A stretch of 27,175 nucleotides of DNA, from contig JAESSL010000331.1 of the NCBI GenBank assembly GCA_016764135.1, positions 1 to 27,175 on the forward strand, written 5' to 3'. A program made the position numbers and the translations under genes. This document shows, piece after piece, positions 17,808-27,175 of this stretch (positions are counted from its first letter, which is position 1; the number at the start of each line of letters is the position of its first letter). Under the pieces are notes generated by a model, which saw only the letters and a list, made by a program, of their open reading frames with translations, was not told the origin of the DNA and made no database searches. The stretch is from Alphaproteobacteria bacterium (GTDB lineage Bacteria > Pseudomonadota > Alphaproteobacteria > UBA8366 > GCA-2717185).

Positions 17808-18500
17808 CTAGATGACCCCCGCCGCTTGCGCGATGACATTCGATAAAAATTGAACTGGAGCGCCTACAAGCCAAGGGAAGACATTCAAATTGACGCCGAT
17901 CAGGTCACCAACAAATGGCAAACCAAAAAGCACGCCGATCAAAATGAAAATGCCATATCGCTCCAACCGCGCCAAAGGTATTGCGAGCACCCTCGGAAGA
18001 AGACCAATGGCGACGCGTCCGCCATCCAGAGGGGGAATTGGCGCCATGTTAAACACCGCCAGGACAATATTGATCGTCAGGGCGTTTGCGAGATTTTCAG
18101 CCACCCAGAAATTAAAGGGGGCCGGAATGAACTGCACCAGATGAAACATAAGCGCCGCGATATAGGCGATGATGAGGTTGGACGCGGGCCCCGCCGCCGC
18201 GACCAACACCATCCCGCGTTTCATATCGCGCAAACGCCGGATATCGACCGGGACGGGTTTCGCCCATCCAAACAAAAATGGCGCGCCGCTTAATAGCAAC
18301 ATGCCGGGTAAAACAACGGTTCCAAAAGAATCGATGTGCTTTAAGGGGTTAAACGTAACGCGGCCCAAGGATTTGGCCGTATTATCGCCCAACTTCCAGG
18401 CGACCCACCCATGCGCGGCTTCGTGAAGCGTAATCGCCAGCAGGACAGGTAGTATCCACACCGACGCGATATAAAGGGTTTGCGGCATATTATCGAACAC
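17808..18500 (-). CDS. Site-2 protease family (M50) intramembrane metalloprotease
   Basis: HEAAH (HExxH), TFNPLKHID, GWAKPVP, AAAGPASN and FNMAPIPPLDGG. Confidence 0.93.
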   Translation of the reverse strand: MFDNMPQTLYIASVWILPVLLAITLHEAAHGWVAWKLGDNTAKSLGRVTFNPLKHIDSFGTVVLPGMLLLSGAPFLFGWAKPVPVDIRRLRDMKRGMVLVAAAGPASNLIIAYIAALMFHLVQFIPAPFNFWVAENLANALTINIVLAVFNMAPIPPLDGGRVAIGLLPRVLAIPLARLERYGIFILIGVLFGLPFVGDLIGVNLNVFPWLVGAPVQFLSNVIAQAAGVI

Positions 18501-18501
18501 G

Positions 18502-19542
18502 TTACGCGGCGCCTTTCAGCAAAGTTTCCAATTTTTCCAACGCTTCGGCGCGGTTAAAGTCATCCGGTTTTGACAGGAACCTCTGCGCAGAGTCCAGCCG
18601 CGCCATCGCCTCAAGCGTCATTCGCCCACAGGCCGAGGCGACATCCACCATTTCCGCCATGTCTCCGTTACAATGAAGCGCTACGTCGCATCCTGCGTCG
18701 ATAGCCCCCCTCGCCCGCTCTTCCATCACGCCTTTCAGCGCTTTCATGGATAAATCGTCGCTCATGAGCAGGCCGTCGAAACCAATATCATCTCGCACAA
18801 TCGTTTGCAGGACGGTTCTGGACACCGTTGCGGGATACCGCGCATCGATATCGCTGTAAATGACATGCGCCGTCATCGCCATAGGTGCGTCCGCATAGGC
18901 GCGAAACGCCGCAAAATCTGTCTGTCGTAATGCTTCCATAGACGTATCAACCACTGGCAATTCAACGTGACTATCCGCGCCTGCGCGTCCGTGACCCGGA
19001 ATATGCTTGATGATTGGAAGCACGCCGCCGCGCATCAATCCTGCGCTCACAACGCGGCCCAGACGAGCGACAATCGCCGCATCGTCGCTGTAAGCGCGGT
19101 CGCCAATAATATCATGCGCGCCCTCGCGGCGGACATCCAGCACCGGGGCGCAGTCGACATTGAAACCCAGCGGGGCCAATTCATCCGCAATCAAGCGCCC
19201 CACCAAATCCGCGGCGTTCTCGCCTTCTGTTTTATTTTGTTGATACAACGCGCCAATTCTCTGCGCCGATGGATAGGCGCTCCAGTACGGCGGTCGCAAA
19301 CGCGCGACCCGACCACCTTCCTGATCGACTAAAATGAGCGGATTCGGTGACGTGACGCAGGATTTTAACGCCGCGACCAAGGATGTGACTTGCTCCGGCG
19401 TCTCGATATTACGACCGAAGAGGATAAAACCGACAGGTTGGCATTCCGTGAAAAAACGACGCTCATCCACGCTCAGAGATAGGCCGGAACACCCGAAAAT
19501 CGCCGCCGTCGACGCGTTTACGTTCAAACCGACTTCGTTCAT
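18502..19542 (-). CDS. nagZ: Beta-N-acetylhexosaminidase NagZ (GH3). Start uncertain (ATG 19542 or TTG 19527).
   Basis: GFILFGRN, VDQEGGRVARL, DCAPVLD, IGDRAY, KHIPGHGRAGADSH and LMSDDLSMKAL. Confidence 0.95.
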   Translation of the reverse strand: MNEVGLNVNASTAAIFGCSGLSLSVDERRFFTECQPVGFILFGRNIETPEQVTSLVAALKSCVTSPNPLILVDQEGGRVARLRPPYWSAYPSAQRIGALYQQNKTEGENAADLVGRLIADELAPLGFNVDCAPVLDVRREGAHDIIGDRAYSDDAAIVARLGRVVSAGLMRGGVLPIIKHIPGHGRAGADSHVELPVVDTSMEALRQTDFAAFRAYADAPMAMTAHVIYSDIDARYPATVSRTVLQTIVRDDIGFDGLLMSDDLSMKALKGVMEERARGAIDAGCDVALHCNGDMAEMVDVASACGRMTLEAMARLDSAQRFLSKPDDFNRAEALEKLETLLKGAA

Positions 19543-19555
19543 TTTGGCCCGGCGT

Positions 19556-20545
19556 TTACGGTCGAATGACAAGACATGGGACTTTGGCCTGTTTTAACTG
19601 GGCGCATTTTCGCAATGCCGCTGCGCGGGTCTTGAACGGACCGGTTTGAACCCGAAAAAAATCGCCGCGGCCGGGAATGGTTTTCTCTGCGACAAACAAT
19701 GTCATGCCGCGAAATAGCGAATTGTGCCTTTTTAAATTTATGTTCCAGGCGCGCTGCGCTGCCTCGGCGGTGCGCAGGGAGGCGATCTGGACCATATATG
19801 CGCCAGGCGGCGGTGAACTTGCGCTCGCCGTACGTTTTGCCGTGCGTTTCGCGGCTGGTTTAGGCGTAACCACGGCAACAGTCGCTTTCGCCACGGGTTT
19901 CTGAGGCGCGCGGATGACCGGCGCAGAAGACGGAGATGACTTGACGGCCTCGACCACTTTTGGCGGCGCCGGACGCGCGATGTCGGCTTTCTTCACAACT
20001 TTGGCCGGCGTTTCTTTTTTTACCGTCGTAGTTTTAGCGCGCTTGGAAACAGGCGGCGACGGAATAGCAGGAGCTGGTTTGGGTGCTGGCGTCGGTTCAA
20101 CGGACGCAACGCGTTTTCCGGTAATCGAAGGCGGCGGCGGCACCATAAGGGTCGGCGGTGCTGGCGGTGATTCCAAATTCGGAGACGCAACCGGCGGCGT
20201 CATTGGAGGTTCCGGCTGCGGCGCAAGGCGTTCTATTTTGTTCGATACCGGCGTTTTATCGACCAGACTGTACACTTGTTTTTTTCGATGCGGTACATTT
20301 TCACCGCCGGGACTTTCCGGTGCAATTTTGCTGGGCCCATCGGTCTTCAAAACAGGCGCCGCAAATTCACTGCCCTCACGAATACCCGTATTGTAGGCGT
20401 ACCAGGTAATTCCTGCGAACGCCGCCAGCGCTATGACCGCACCGCCAATGGGCGCATAACGCAACGCGGACTTTCCAGTCGGCGCCGTCTCCTCCTGGTC
20501 AATCGCCTCGAGTTCTGATTCGATCGGATCGCCACTTTTGGTCAT
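19556..20545 (-). CDS. SPOR-domain bitopic cell-division protein (FtsN-like)
   Basis: One TM helix (AVIALAAFAGITWYAY), a Pro/Ala/Lys-rich linker, and a C-terminal SPOR domain (YMVQIASLR...FFRVQTGPF..A...C..LK...C). The start overlaps the argS stop (TGATG). Confidence 0.85.
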   Translation of the reverse strand: MTKSGDPIESELEAIDQEETAPTGKSALRYAPIGGAVIALAAFAGITWYAYNTGIREGSEFAAPVLKTDGPSKIAPESPGGENVPHRKKQVYSLVDKTPVSNKIERLAPQPEPPMTPPVASPNLESPPAPPTLMVPPPPSITGKRVASVEPTPAPKPAPAIPSPPVSKRAKTTTVKKETPAKVVKKADIARPAPPKVVEAVKSSPSSAPVIRAPQKPVAKATVAVVTPKPAAKRTAKRTASASSPPPGAYMVQIASLRTAEAAQRAWNINLKRHNSLFRGMTLFVAEKTIPGRGDFFRVQTGPFKTRAAALRKCAQLKQAKVPCLVIRP

Positions 20546-22299
20546 CAGCGTAATTCCTCGACGGGTTCGACCCCCAGAATATTCAACCCCGATTCAAGAA
20601 CAATTTGCACCGCGCGAACAAGTGCCATACGCGCCCGCGTCTGTGTTTCATCGTTGTCGATGATAAACCGCAGCGTCGGCTGCTCTTTACCTTTGGTCCA
20701 GAGACCGTGAAATTCAGCCGCCAGCTCCTGAAGATAATACGCGATTCGGTGGGGTTCATGCGCTAAAGCAGCGGCTTCCACAGTGCGCGGCCACGCCGCC
20801 AGCACTTTCAACAAGGCGAATTCAGCTGAATCTTCAAGTACCGATAAATCCGCATTCGAAAGACTGGCTCGATCTGTTTCTATATCCGAAAACGTATCAC
20901 CCACCAGACGCATCGCCGAATGACATCGCGCATGTGCGTATTGCACGTAAAACACGGGGTTTTCTCGGGATTGATCCGTCACTTTCGTCAAGTCGAAATC
21001 AAGCGGCGCATCATTGCTGCGCGTCAGCATGATAAAGCGGACGACGTCCTTGCCAACCGCATCGACCAGGTCGCTCAGGGTAACAAACGTACCCGAACGT
21101 TTCGACATTTTTACCGGTTCGCCTTTATCCAGAAGCTTCACGATCTGGCATATTTTGACATCAAGCTCGGCGGCGCCATTGGTGACGGCGTTTGTCGCGG
21201 CTTTCATCCGTTTGACATACCCGCCGTGATCCGCGCCCCAAACGTCGATCTGCGTTTTGAAGCCACGGTCGTATTTATCAAGGTGATAGGCGATGTCCGA
21301 CGCGAAATAGGTCCAGCTTCCATCCGACTTCCGCAACGGCCGGTCAACATCGTCGCCAAAATCGGTCGCCCGAAACAGCTCTTGTTCCCGCGCCTCCCAA
21401 TCATCCGGTGTTTTGCCTTTTGGCGGCTCCAGAACGCCTTGATAGATCAAACCACGATCTGCAAGCGTGGCGTGCGCCGTCTCTACTTTTCCGCTATCGA
21501 CGAGCGACTGCTCCGACACGAAGACTTTTTGATGAACGCCAAGCGCACCCAAATCCTTGCGAATAAGCTTCATCATAGCGTCGACGGTAAAGCGTCGAAT
21601 GACGGGCAGCCATTCTTCCTCGGGCGCCTTTAACCATTTATCGCCAAATTCATCCACCAGCGCCTTTCCGACAGGGATCATATAATCCCCAGGATACAAA
21701 CCGCTTGGAATCGCGCCAATGTCTTCGCCCTGCGCCTCGCGATAGCGAAGATGCGCGGAGCGCGCGAGCACATCCACCTGCGATCCTGCATCGTTGACGT
21801 AATATTCGCGCGCGACGTCAAATCCGACCTTCTCCAGTAAAGACGCTAGAACATCGCCAAACACGGTTCCTCGCGCATGGCCGATATGAAGTGGCCCGGT
21901 TGGATTGGCCGACACGTATTCGACGTTTATCTTTTCGCCCGCGCCCCTTTTGGACTCACCGTAACTCGACCCGGTCGCAAGGATTTCACTCAGAATTTCA
22001 CGCCATGCCGACGGCGCCAGACGGATATTGATAAATCCCGGCCCGGCAATATCGGCGCTTTCAATCAAGGGATCCGACAACAATCCCTCCTGGATAAGCG
22101 TCGCCAGATCACGGGGCTTCATGCCGGCGGCTTTTGACAACACCATCGCCGCATTCGTGGACATGTCGCCATGGGATGGATCACGGGGCGATTCTACCGT
22201 GACCCTGCCCAACGATAAATCCGTTGGAATACTCCCTGACGCCGCAATTTTGGAAAGGGTTTCGAGGACTATTTCATGAAGTCGAGTATAAATATTCAT
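20545..22299 (-). CDS. argS: Arginine--tRNA ligase
   Basis: [33 protein letters not shown] (HIGH), [14 protein letters not shown] and YVQYAHAR. Confidence 0.98.
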   Translation of the reverse strand: MNIYTRLHEIVLETLSKIAASGSIPTDLSLGRVTVESPRDPSHGDMSTNAAMVLSKAAGMKPRDLATLIQEGLLSDPLIESADIAGPGFINIRLAPSAWREILSEILATGSSYGESKRGAGEKINVEYVSANPTGPLHIGHARGTVFGDVLASLLEKVGFDVAREYYVNDAGSQVDVLARSAHLRYREAQGEDIGAIPSGLYPGDYMIPVGKALVDEFGDKWLKAPEEEWLPVIRRFTVDAMMKLIRKDLGALGVHQKVFVSEQSLVDSGKVETAHATLADRGLIYQGVLEPPKGKTPDDWEAREQELFRATDFGDDVDRPLRKSDGSWTYFASDIAYHLDKYDRGFKTQIDVWGADHGGYVKRMKAATNAVTNGAAELDVKICQIVKLLDKGEPVKMSKRSGTFVTLSDLVDAVGKDVVRFIMLTRSNDAPLDFDLTKVTDQSRENPVFYVQYAHARCHSAMRLVGDTFSDIETDRASLSNADLSVLEDSAEFALLKVLAAWPRTVEAAALAHEPHRIAYYLQELAAEFHGLWTKGKEQPTLRFIIDNDETQTRARMALVRAVQIVLESGLNILGVEPVEELR

Positions 22300-23480
22300 A
22301 TTGCGCCAGCGTCTGTTTCACTCAGACGTTTCCATTGATTAAGTGCATATTGATCTGTCATGCCCGCAATGTAATCGACGATTACGCGCGCGGTTTTCAC
22401 GGATTGCCCCGGTCCAGCGCGGTCGCGCCACTGCGGCGGTAACCGTTCTGGCCTTTGCATCAACTCTTTGAAAAGAGACCGTACTACTTTTTCGCCTTGT
22501 TCGGTTTCTCGGATAATTGCGCCGTGTCGATACATATTCTTGAGCAGGAACGCCTTCAGCGTGCGCTCCTTTTCGCGCATTGGTTCCGAGAATGCAACAA
22601 TCGCACGGTCGTGATTCCTGATTTCTTCGACATCGCGAATACCCGCTTCAGCGATGCGGCGGATGGTTTCGCTCAGGACATCCTCGATCATGTCGCCAAT
22701 CAACCGACGCACCGCTTCGTGAATAAGCCGGGAGCGTTCAATATCAGGGTATTTCTGTGCGACAAACTCAAATACCGCCGCGACATGCGGCGCTGAAGAA
22801 AGATCCTCGATCGTGAAGACGCCCGCGCGCAGCCCATCGTCCAGGTCATGGTTGCTATAGGCGATGTCATCCGCAATCGCGGCGACTTGCGCTTCGCCGC
22901 CCGGGTATCTGGAAAGCTCCAGATCAAAGGTTTTGTTAAAATCGTGAATTGGCGACGTTACGCCCACCTTGGGGTCCTTTATCGGCCCATTGTGCTTGAC
23001 GATGCCTTCCAGCGTTTCCCAGGACAAGTTAAGTCCGTTGAATTCGGCATAGCGTTGCTCGTTTTCAACCAGAACCCGCAAGGTTTGAGCGTTATGATCA
23101 AACCCGCCATATTGGGCGCTGACGGCGTTTAACGCATGCTCACCAGCATGACCAAAGGGCGGATGCCCGATGTCATGGGCCAGGGCAATAGCCTCCACCA
23201 GATCTTCGTCCAGTCGCAACGCCCGCGCCAGCGAGCGAGCGATCTGGGCGACCTCCAGACTATGCGTCAGACGTGTCCGATAATGATCGCCTTCAGGCGC
23301 GATGAAGACCTGTGTTTTATGCTTCAGGCGGCGGAACGCCGTGGAATGAATAATCCGGTCACGGTCCCGCTGAAATGCGCTACGCCGCAGGCTCTCGGGT
23401 TCAGGGTGCAACCGGCCGCGGGTCTTCTCTGCAAGAGTCGCAAAAGACGCCAAATTCCAGTTTGATGTATTTTTATCCAT
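22296..23480 (-). CDS. dgt: Deoxyguanosinetriphosphate triphosphohydrolase (HD-domain dGTPase)
   Basis: [54 protein letters not shown] and DYIAGMTD. The stop overlaps the argS start (ATGA). Confidence 0.95.
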   Translation of the reverse strand: MDKNTSNWNLASFATLAEKTRGRLHPEPESLRRSAFQRDRDRIIHSTAFRRLKHKTQVFIAPEGDHYRTRLTHSLEVAQIARSLARALRLDEDLVEAIALAHDIGHPPFGHAGEHALNAVSAQYGGFDHNAQTLRVLVENEQRYAEFNGLNLSWETLEGIVKHNGPIKDPKVGVTSPIHDFNKTFDLELSRYPGGEAQVAAIADDIAYSNHDLDDGLRAGVFTIEDLSSAPHVAAVFEFVAQKYPDIERSRLIHEAVRRLIGDMIEDVLSETIRRIAEAGIRDVEEIRNHDRAIVAFSEPMREKERTLKAFLLKNMYRHGAIIRETEQGEKVVRSLFKELMQRPERLPPQWRDRAGPGQSVKTARVIVDYIAGMTDQYALNQWKRLSETDAGAI

Positions 23481-23513
23481 GTCAGACGCATGTATAGCAA
23501 TCCACTCTTGAGA

Positions 23514-23541
23514 TTGACATAATGCACCTAACGCCTAAATA
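23514..23541 (+). promoter_or_regulatory. Candidate sigma70-type promoter for erpA(-xth)
   Basis: TTGACA (23514-23519), a 16-nt spacer, then TAAATA (23536-23541), about 95 nt upstream of the erpA ATG in the divergent dgt/erpA spacer. Confidence 0.4.
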
Positions 23542-23636
23542 AGGTATTAGAGATAAGCGCCCTTCTGGCGGGTCGTCATTGCCTTGCCGCCGCTGTACAC
23601 TTCGCTTTTCGACCAACCGAGATATGGAGTATCTGA

Positions 23637-24002
23637 ATGTCCGATCCTTTCGCCCTGGAAACTTCGGAAAAAGTGCGTGAATTCCTAATTTCGGAATCAG
23701 CGCGCGAACAGTTGTTATTCCTTTTTTCGAAAGAAGAGTCGCCCGGCGTTATGTTGCGGGTAAAAGTATCTGGCGGCGGATGTTCCGGCTATCAATATGG
23801 CTATGATTTCGAAAGAACAATTGGTGAAGACGACATGGTCTTTGGCGATGATGATGTAAAAGTTATTGTCGATAACGTCTCCATGGATTTGTTATCGGGA
23901 TCTGAAATTGATTACGTCACGGATATGATCGGCTCCTCCTTTCAGATCAAAAACCCGAACGCCGATTCATCGTGCGGATGCGGCGCTTCATTCTCTATCT
24001 GA
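23637..24002 (+). CDS. erpA: A-type Fe-S cluster carrier (HesB/IscA/ErpA family)
   Basis: LRVKVSGGGCSGYQY and NPNADSSCGCGASF (three conserved Cys). SD GGAG lies upstream. Confidence 0.92.
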   Translation: MSDPFALETSEKVREFLISESAREQLLFLFSKEESPGVMLRVKVSGGGCSGYQYGYDFERTIGEDDMVFGDDDVKVIVDNVSMDLLSGSEIDYVTDMIGSSFQIKNPNADSSCGCGASFSI

Positions 24003-24100
24003 TCCCGTGTTGCTAATCCCGTGCTTGTTGCTCGTAGGCTAGCTGACGGCGTGTTTGACCCACTTCCGTCTTCAACCGGCCCTCACCCCGGAATATATTA

Positions 24101-24886
24101 ATGAAAATCGCGACATTTAACGTCAACTCGATCAAGGCGCGGCTCCCCCGCGTACTGGAGTGGCTGGACGAGTTCAGCCCTGACATCGCCCTGTTGCAGG
24201 AAATCAAAACTGTTTCTGAGTCTTTCCCCGCGCTGGAAATTGAAGCGAAAGGATACAATCTCGCGATCCACGGGCAAAAGAGCTACAACGGCGTCGCGAT
24301 ACTGTCGAAACTCCCCATCGAGGATGTCTCCATGGGGCTACCGGGCGACGATTCCGATGAACAGGCTCGTTATATCGAGGCGACCATTGCCGGTTTGCGC
24401 GTTGCATCCATTTATCTGCCGAACGGCAACCCTGTTGATACGGAAAAATTCACCTACAAACTGGACTGGATGGACCGATTGACGCGTCATGTCAGCGAAA
24501 CCTTGCTGCCTAGTGAGCAGCCTTTTGTCCTGGGCGGAGACTATAACGTCGTACCAAACGATGATGATGTATACGACCCGACGGGCTGGGCGAATGACGC
24601 ATTGTGCCGCCCGGAAAGCCGTCATCGGTTTCGAACGTTATTGAACCTGGGGCTGACCGAATCCTGGCGTGCGCTGCATCACGAAATTGGCGCCTACAGC
24701 TTTTGGGATTATCAGGCCGGGCGCTGGCCCCGCAATGAAGGCGTGCGGATTGACCATTTGTTGCTGTCCCCCGCCGTCGCAGACCGTTTACGCGCCTGCG
24801 AAATTGACCGGGAGCCCCGTAAAGGAGAGCGTCCTTCCGACCATACGCCTGTGTGGTGTGAAATTTCCGACGTGGCAGAGGGTTAG
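24101..24886 (+). CDS. xth: Exodeoxyribonuclease III / AP endonuclease
   Basis: MKIATFNVNSI, LQEIK, GQKSYNGVAILS, YLPNGN, GDYNV, SFWDYQ, RIDHLL and PSDHTPV. Confidence 0.96.
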   Translation: MKIATFNVNSIKARLPRVLEWLDEFSPDIALLQEIKTVSESFPALEIEAKGYNLAIHGQKSYNGVAILSKLPIEDVSMGLPGDDSDEQARYIEATIAGLRVASIYLPNGNPVDTEKFTYKLDWMDRLTRHVSETLLPSEQPFVLGGDYNVVPNDDDVYDPTGWANDALCRPESRHRFRTLLNLGLTESWRALHHEIGAYSFWDYQAGRWPRNEGVRIDHLLLSPAVADRLRACEIDREPRKGERPSDHTPVWCEISDVAEG

Positions 24887-26430
24887 GTCGCGCAATACCG
24901 ACGCCACACCGCTCGATAAACGCGCTGCAAATTTCGAACATGGCGCTCCGTATTACAAATACGCGAGCGCCGGAGTAAATTAGGCAGTGTCTGTCGCAAC
25001 GGCGATAGACGTTGCGGATCCTGCGCCAGAACAACCGCCCGGCCAATATAGTCAGACGTATCGGTCGCTACGCATACGGACAGCCCAACAGCCTCCAGCG
25101 TTGCGGCGGCGCAACGCCCGGTAAAGCGCTCCCCCATCAACGTTATGACCGGCGTTCCCATCAACAGCGCCTCAAATGTCGTGGTGGCGCCGCCAAACGG
25201 GAACGGATCTAAAGCAATATCGACCCGGGAATAGGCGTTCAGGTGGTCTGCGCGGTAGGATGTTGGCGCGACAAACTCAACCCGGTTTGCGTCAACGCCG
25301 TTGGCGCCAAACAGATCCAGCAGACGTTGGCGCGTCGTGTCTTCGTTAAAAGCGTCGAAATACTTAAGAACCAATCGAGAACCCGAAACTTCGAGAAGTA
25401 TTTTCGACCATATTTCAATAACTTCTTTTGTAATCTTCTGAGGCGCGTTGAAGGAACCAAACGTTATATAGTTGTTTTTCAAGGCTGGCGGTTCACTTGG
25501 GCCTGGCGCCTCGGCAGGAATTGGCTGCACGGTGAAAGACGGTATTCGCAAGACGCGCTCTGAAAAAAACTCGGCGCCACCACGAGGTGAAACGACAGGA
25601 TCGCCAATCCAGTAATCCATTTCCGGGATCGCGCTGGTGCAAATATCGTGATGACTGATCTGAATTGGCGCGGGTCGATGACGCGCAATAAACGGCCGGT
25701 TCTCATCGACATGCCCAGCCAGCAGAACCAGTATATCCATATTGTCTTTGTGAATGCTTTCAGCGGCTTCTAGATCGCTTATCTCAGAAATATCGCACCA
25801 GGAATCAGCGCTGGCGCGGAATTTCTCGCTCATGGGATCATTTGTGCGCAATTGAGCGTAGGCGTGCGCCGAAAATTTGCGACGATCCAGTCCCAGAAAT
25901 ATCGGCAACAGGTTGAATCCGACGGAATGGGCTCGGAAATCAGACGATACAAACCCAATACGGAGAGGGCGTTCAGGGTCTTTATCGGCGCCATAATCAT
26001 TAAAAACAGTTTCAGATGACGGCGCCCGGATACAACCCCAATGCTTTTGTGCGGAAACGAGTTCAGAGTTGTCATCGGATTCACTGTAGAGCAACGACAG
26101 GAGCGCCATGGTTTGCGCCGGATAATTGCCGGGGTGCTCCGCGCAAAGCGCTTCAAATAAAGATCGCGCGCGGGAAACCTCGCCACGCCGGTGCCAGGCT
26201 TCCGCGATCGCATAACGCGACATGACATCGCTGGGGGCGATGGCTACAGCAATCGACCAAGCCTCAAAGGCCTCGTCAAACCGCCTTAGCCAGTCAAGAG
26301 ACCGACCGAGGCCCTTAGCCGCCGCCAAGTCGCCCGGAGAGCGCTTCAGCGCCTCCTTAAAGCCGGCAGCGGCGGCCTCGATCTCTCCCGAATCGTAAAG
26401 CACCTGAGCTTGCGACACAGCTTCGTTCAA
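24883..26430 (-). CDS. TPR + GT41 protein, SPINDLY/O-GlcNAc-transferase-like
   Basis: About three N-terminal TPR-like repeats are followed by RPLRIGFVSSDFRAHSVG, ITFGSFNAPQKIT, DIALDPFPFGGATTTFEALLMGTPVITL and YIGRAVVLAQD. TTG start; the next in-frame stop upstream is at 26445-26443. Confidence 0.88.
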   Translation of the reverse strand: MNEAVSQAQVLYDSGEIEAAAAGFKEALKRSPGDLAAAKGLGRSLDWLRRFDEAFEAWSIAVAIAPSDVMSRYAIAEAWHRRGEVSRARSLFEALCAEHPGNYPAQTMALLSLLYSESDDNSELVSAQKHWGCIRAPSSETVFNDYGADKDPERPLRIGFVSSDFRAHSVGFNLLPIFLGLDRRKFSAHAYAQLRTNDPMSEKFRASADSWCDISEISDLEAAESIHKDNMDILVLLAGHVDENRPFIARHRPAPIQISHHDICTSAIPEMDYWIGDPVVSPRGGAEFFSERVLRIPSFTVQPIPAEAPGPSEPPALKNNYITFGSFNAPQKITKEVIEIWSKILLEVSGSRLVLKYFDAFNEDTTRQRLLDLFGANGVDANRVEFVAPTSYRADHLNAYSRVDIALDPFPFGGATTTFEALLMGTPVITLMGERFTGRCAAATLEAVGLSVCVATDTSDYIGRAVVLAQDPQRLSPLRQTLPNLLRRSRICNTERHVRNLQRVYRAVWRRYCAT

Positions 26431-26473
26431 AACATATCCCGCCTATTGACCCCAAATGTGATCAGAATCTGCG

Positions 26474-27175
26474 CTAATAGGGCCATCCCAACCAATCACA
26501 GATCCCTTGTCCCATAACCTTATCCTGCGCATTGCCGGATAGAAATGGCAGCGCCTCTGTAAAGAACGTTACGCATTCACGATAGGTGCAAGGCAAGCGG
26601 GAGAGATCTGTGCCCCAAAACACGCGGTCAGGTCCAAATTCCGTCAGGACACGTTCGATGTACGGATGAACGCTCGGAAATGGGTACAAATCAGTCGTGT
26701 AACAGGGCAACGCTGAAACTTTCACGGCAACATTCGGGTGACGCGCGAGACAATAGAGGTCTTCCACCGTTGCAAACGCCTCGCTGTCCTTGCGGGTCGA
26801 GGTCATCGCTAAATGATCGATAATCATCCGCAACTTTGGATGCCGTTCCGCAATACGGTCTATTGCCGGGATTTGATCGGGGGGAAGCACCATCAACGGG
26901 ATATCAGCTTCTTCCGCGGCCGCCCAAAACCAGTCAATGGATTGATCCACCAGCCATTGTCGTTGATGCGGCATCAAAAAACTTACCCGGATCCCCAACA
27001 TGCCCGTCTGTTGTGTCCATTTTGGCAGTAACGCCGCATTCGACGAATCGCCAAGATCAAACCGACCCATAATTGCGAATCGATCAGGGTGATCCGTCGC
27101 GGCGCGGATCGCCAAATCATTATAGTCTCCCTCCCAGGACGGCGGCACGAGGATCGCCCGATCGACGCCCGCCTC
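26474..27175 (-). CDS. Amidohydrolase_2-family protein (lactonase/decarboxylase-like), 5'-truncated by the window edge
   Basis: The frame is open to the edge (EAGVDRAILVPPSWEGDYN). Motifs MLGIRV, IIDHLA, PNVAVKVSAL and RVFWGTDL. Confidence 0.8.
   Translation of the reverse strand, partial: EAGVDRAILVPPSWEGDYNDLAIRAATDHPDRFAIMGRFDLGDSSNAALLPKWTQQTGMLGIRVSFLMPHQRQWLVDQSIDWFWAAAEEADIPLMVLPPDQIPAIDRIAERHPKLRMIIDHLAMTSTRKDSEAFATVEDLYCLARHPNVAVKVSALPCYTTDLYPFPSVHPYIERVLTEFGPDRVFWGTDLSRLPCTYRECVTFFTEALPFLSGNAQDKVMGQGICDWLGWPY

Noticed and set aside
19800-20280. Pro/Ala/Lys-rich quasi-repeats in the SPOR gene (and the acidic TatB tail at 14271-14480)
   Set aside because: These are ordinary disordered linkers for these families, with no exact tandem DNA repeat or array.
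20920-21633. Long antisense or alternate-frame ORFs (237 aa opposite argS; also 11726-12286, 24510-25046, 6377-6856, 19914-20396 and others)
   Set aside because: They lie within well-supported genes, show no recognisable motifs or RBS, and are expected shadow ORFs in GC-rich coding DNA.
22296-23480. dGTPase as an anti-phage nucleotide-depletion defence gene
   Set aside because: It is coupled to argS in the conserved housekeeping position, with no defence-island context.
1947-24002. Genome-wide TGA reassignment as an explanation for the surE stop
   Set aside because: TGA terminates uvrA, pcm, surE, tatC, scpA, argS, dgt and erpA at their expected ends, often in ATGA/TGATG/GTGA overlaps. Trp is encoded by TGG. 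The standard code 11 applies.
24002-24032. Short degenerate duplication ATCCCGTG(c)TTG.. after the erpA stop
   Set aside because: There are only two 8-bp copies with no spacer structure or array. It is probably a slippage relic and is not CRISPR or REP-like.

Overview
This is a core-chromosome segment of an alphaproteobacterium, probably Rhodospirillales-like (inferred from gene order and protein style). It carries the conserved block uvrA-trmFO / phytoene-synthase-like (NDUFAF6-like) / Mth938 (NDUFAF3-like)-secF-secD-yajC / DUF815 ATPase / nlpD-pcm-surE-serS-tatCBA-ABC ATPase-scpB-scpA-site-2 protease-nagZ-SPOR-argS-dgt / erpA-xth. A SPINDLY/OGT-like GT41 gene and a truncated amidohydrolase follow at the right edge. 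I found no RNA gene, CRISPR array, transposase, integrase or prophage gene, and I cannot claim a clear new multi-gene system. Four anomalies deserve follow-up. (1) surE is intact except for one in-frame TGA at codon 158. (2) A short, cytochrome-c-less PuuD-family gene is inserted in reverse orientation between the NDUFAF3-like and NDUFAF6-like genes, with its own terminator and a motif-dense AT-rich divergent promoter region. (3) An orphan FbpC/PotA-type ABC ATPase has a His/Cys-rich C-terminal patch. (4) The GT41 enzyme has non-canonical active-site motifs. All family assignments come from motif recognition by eye; no database search was run.
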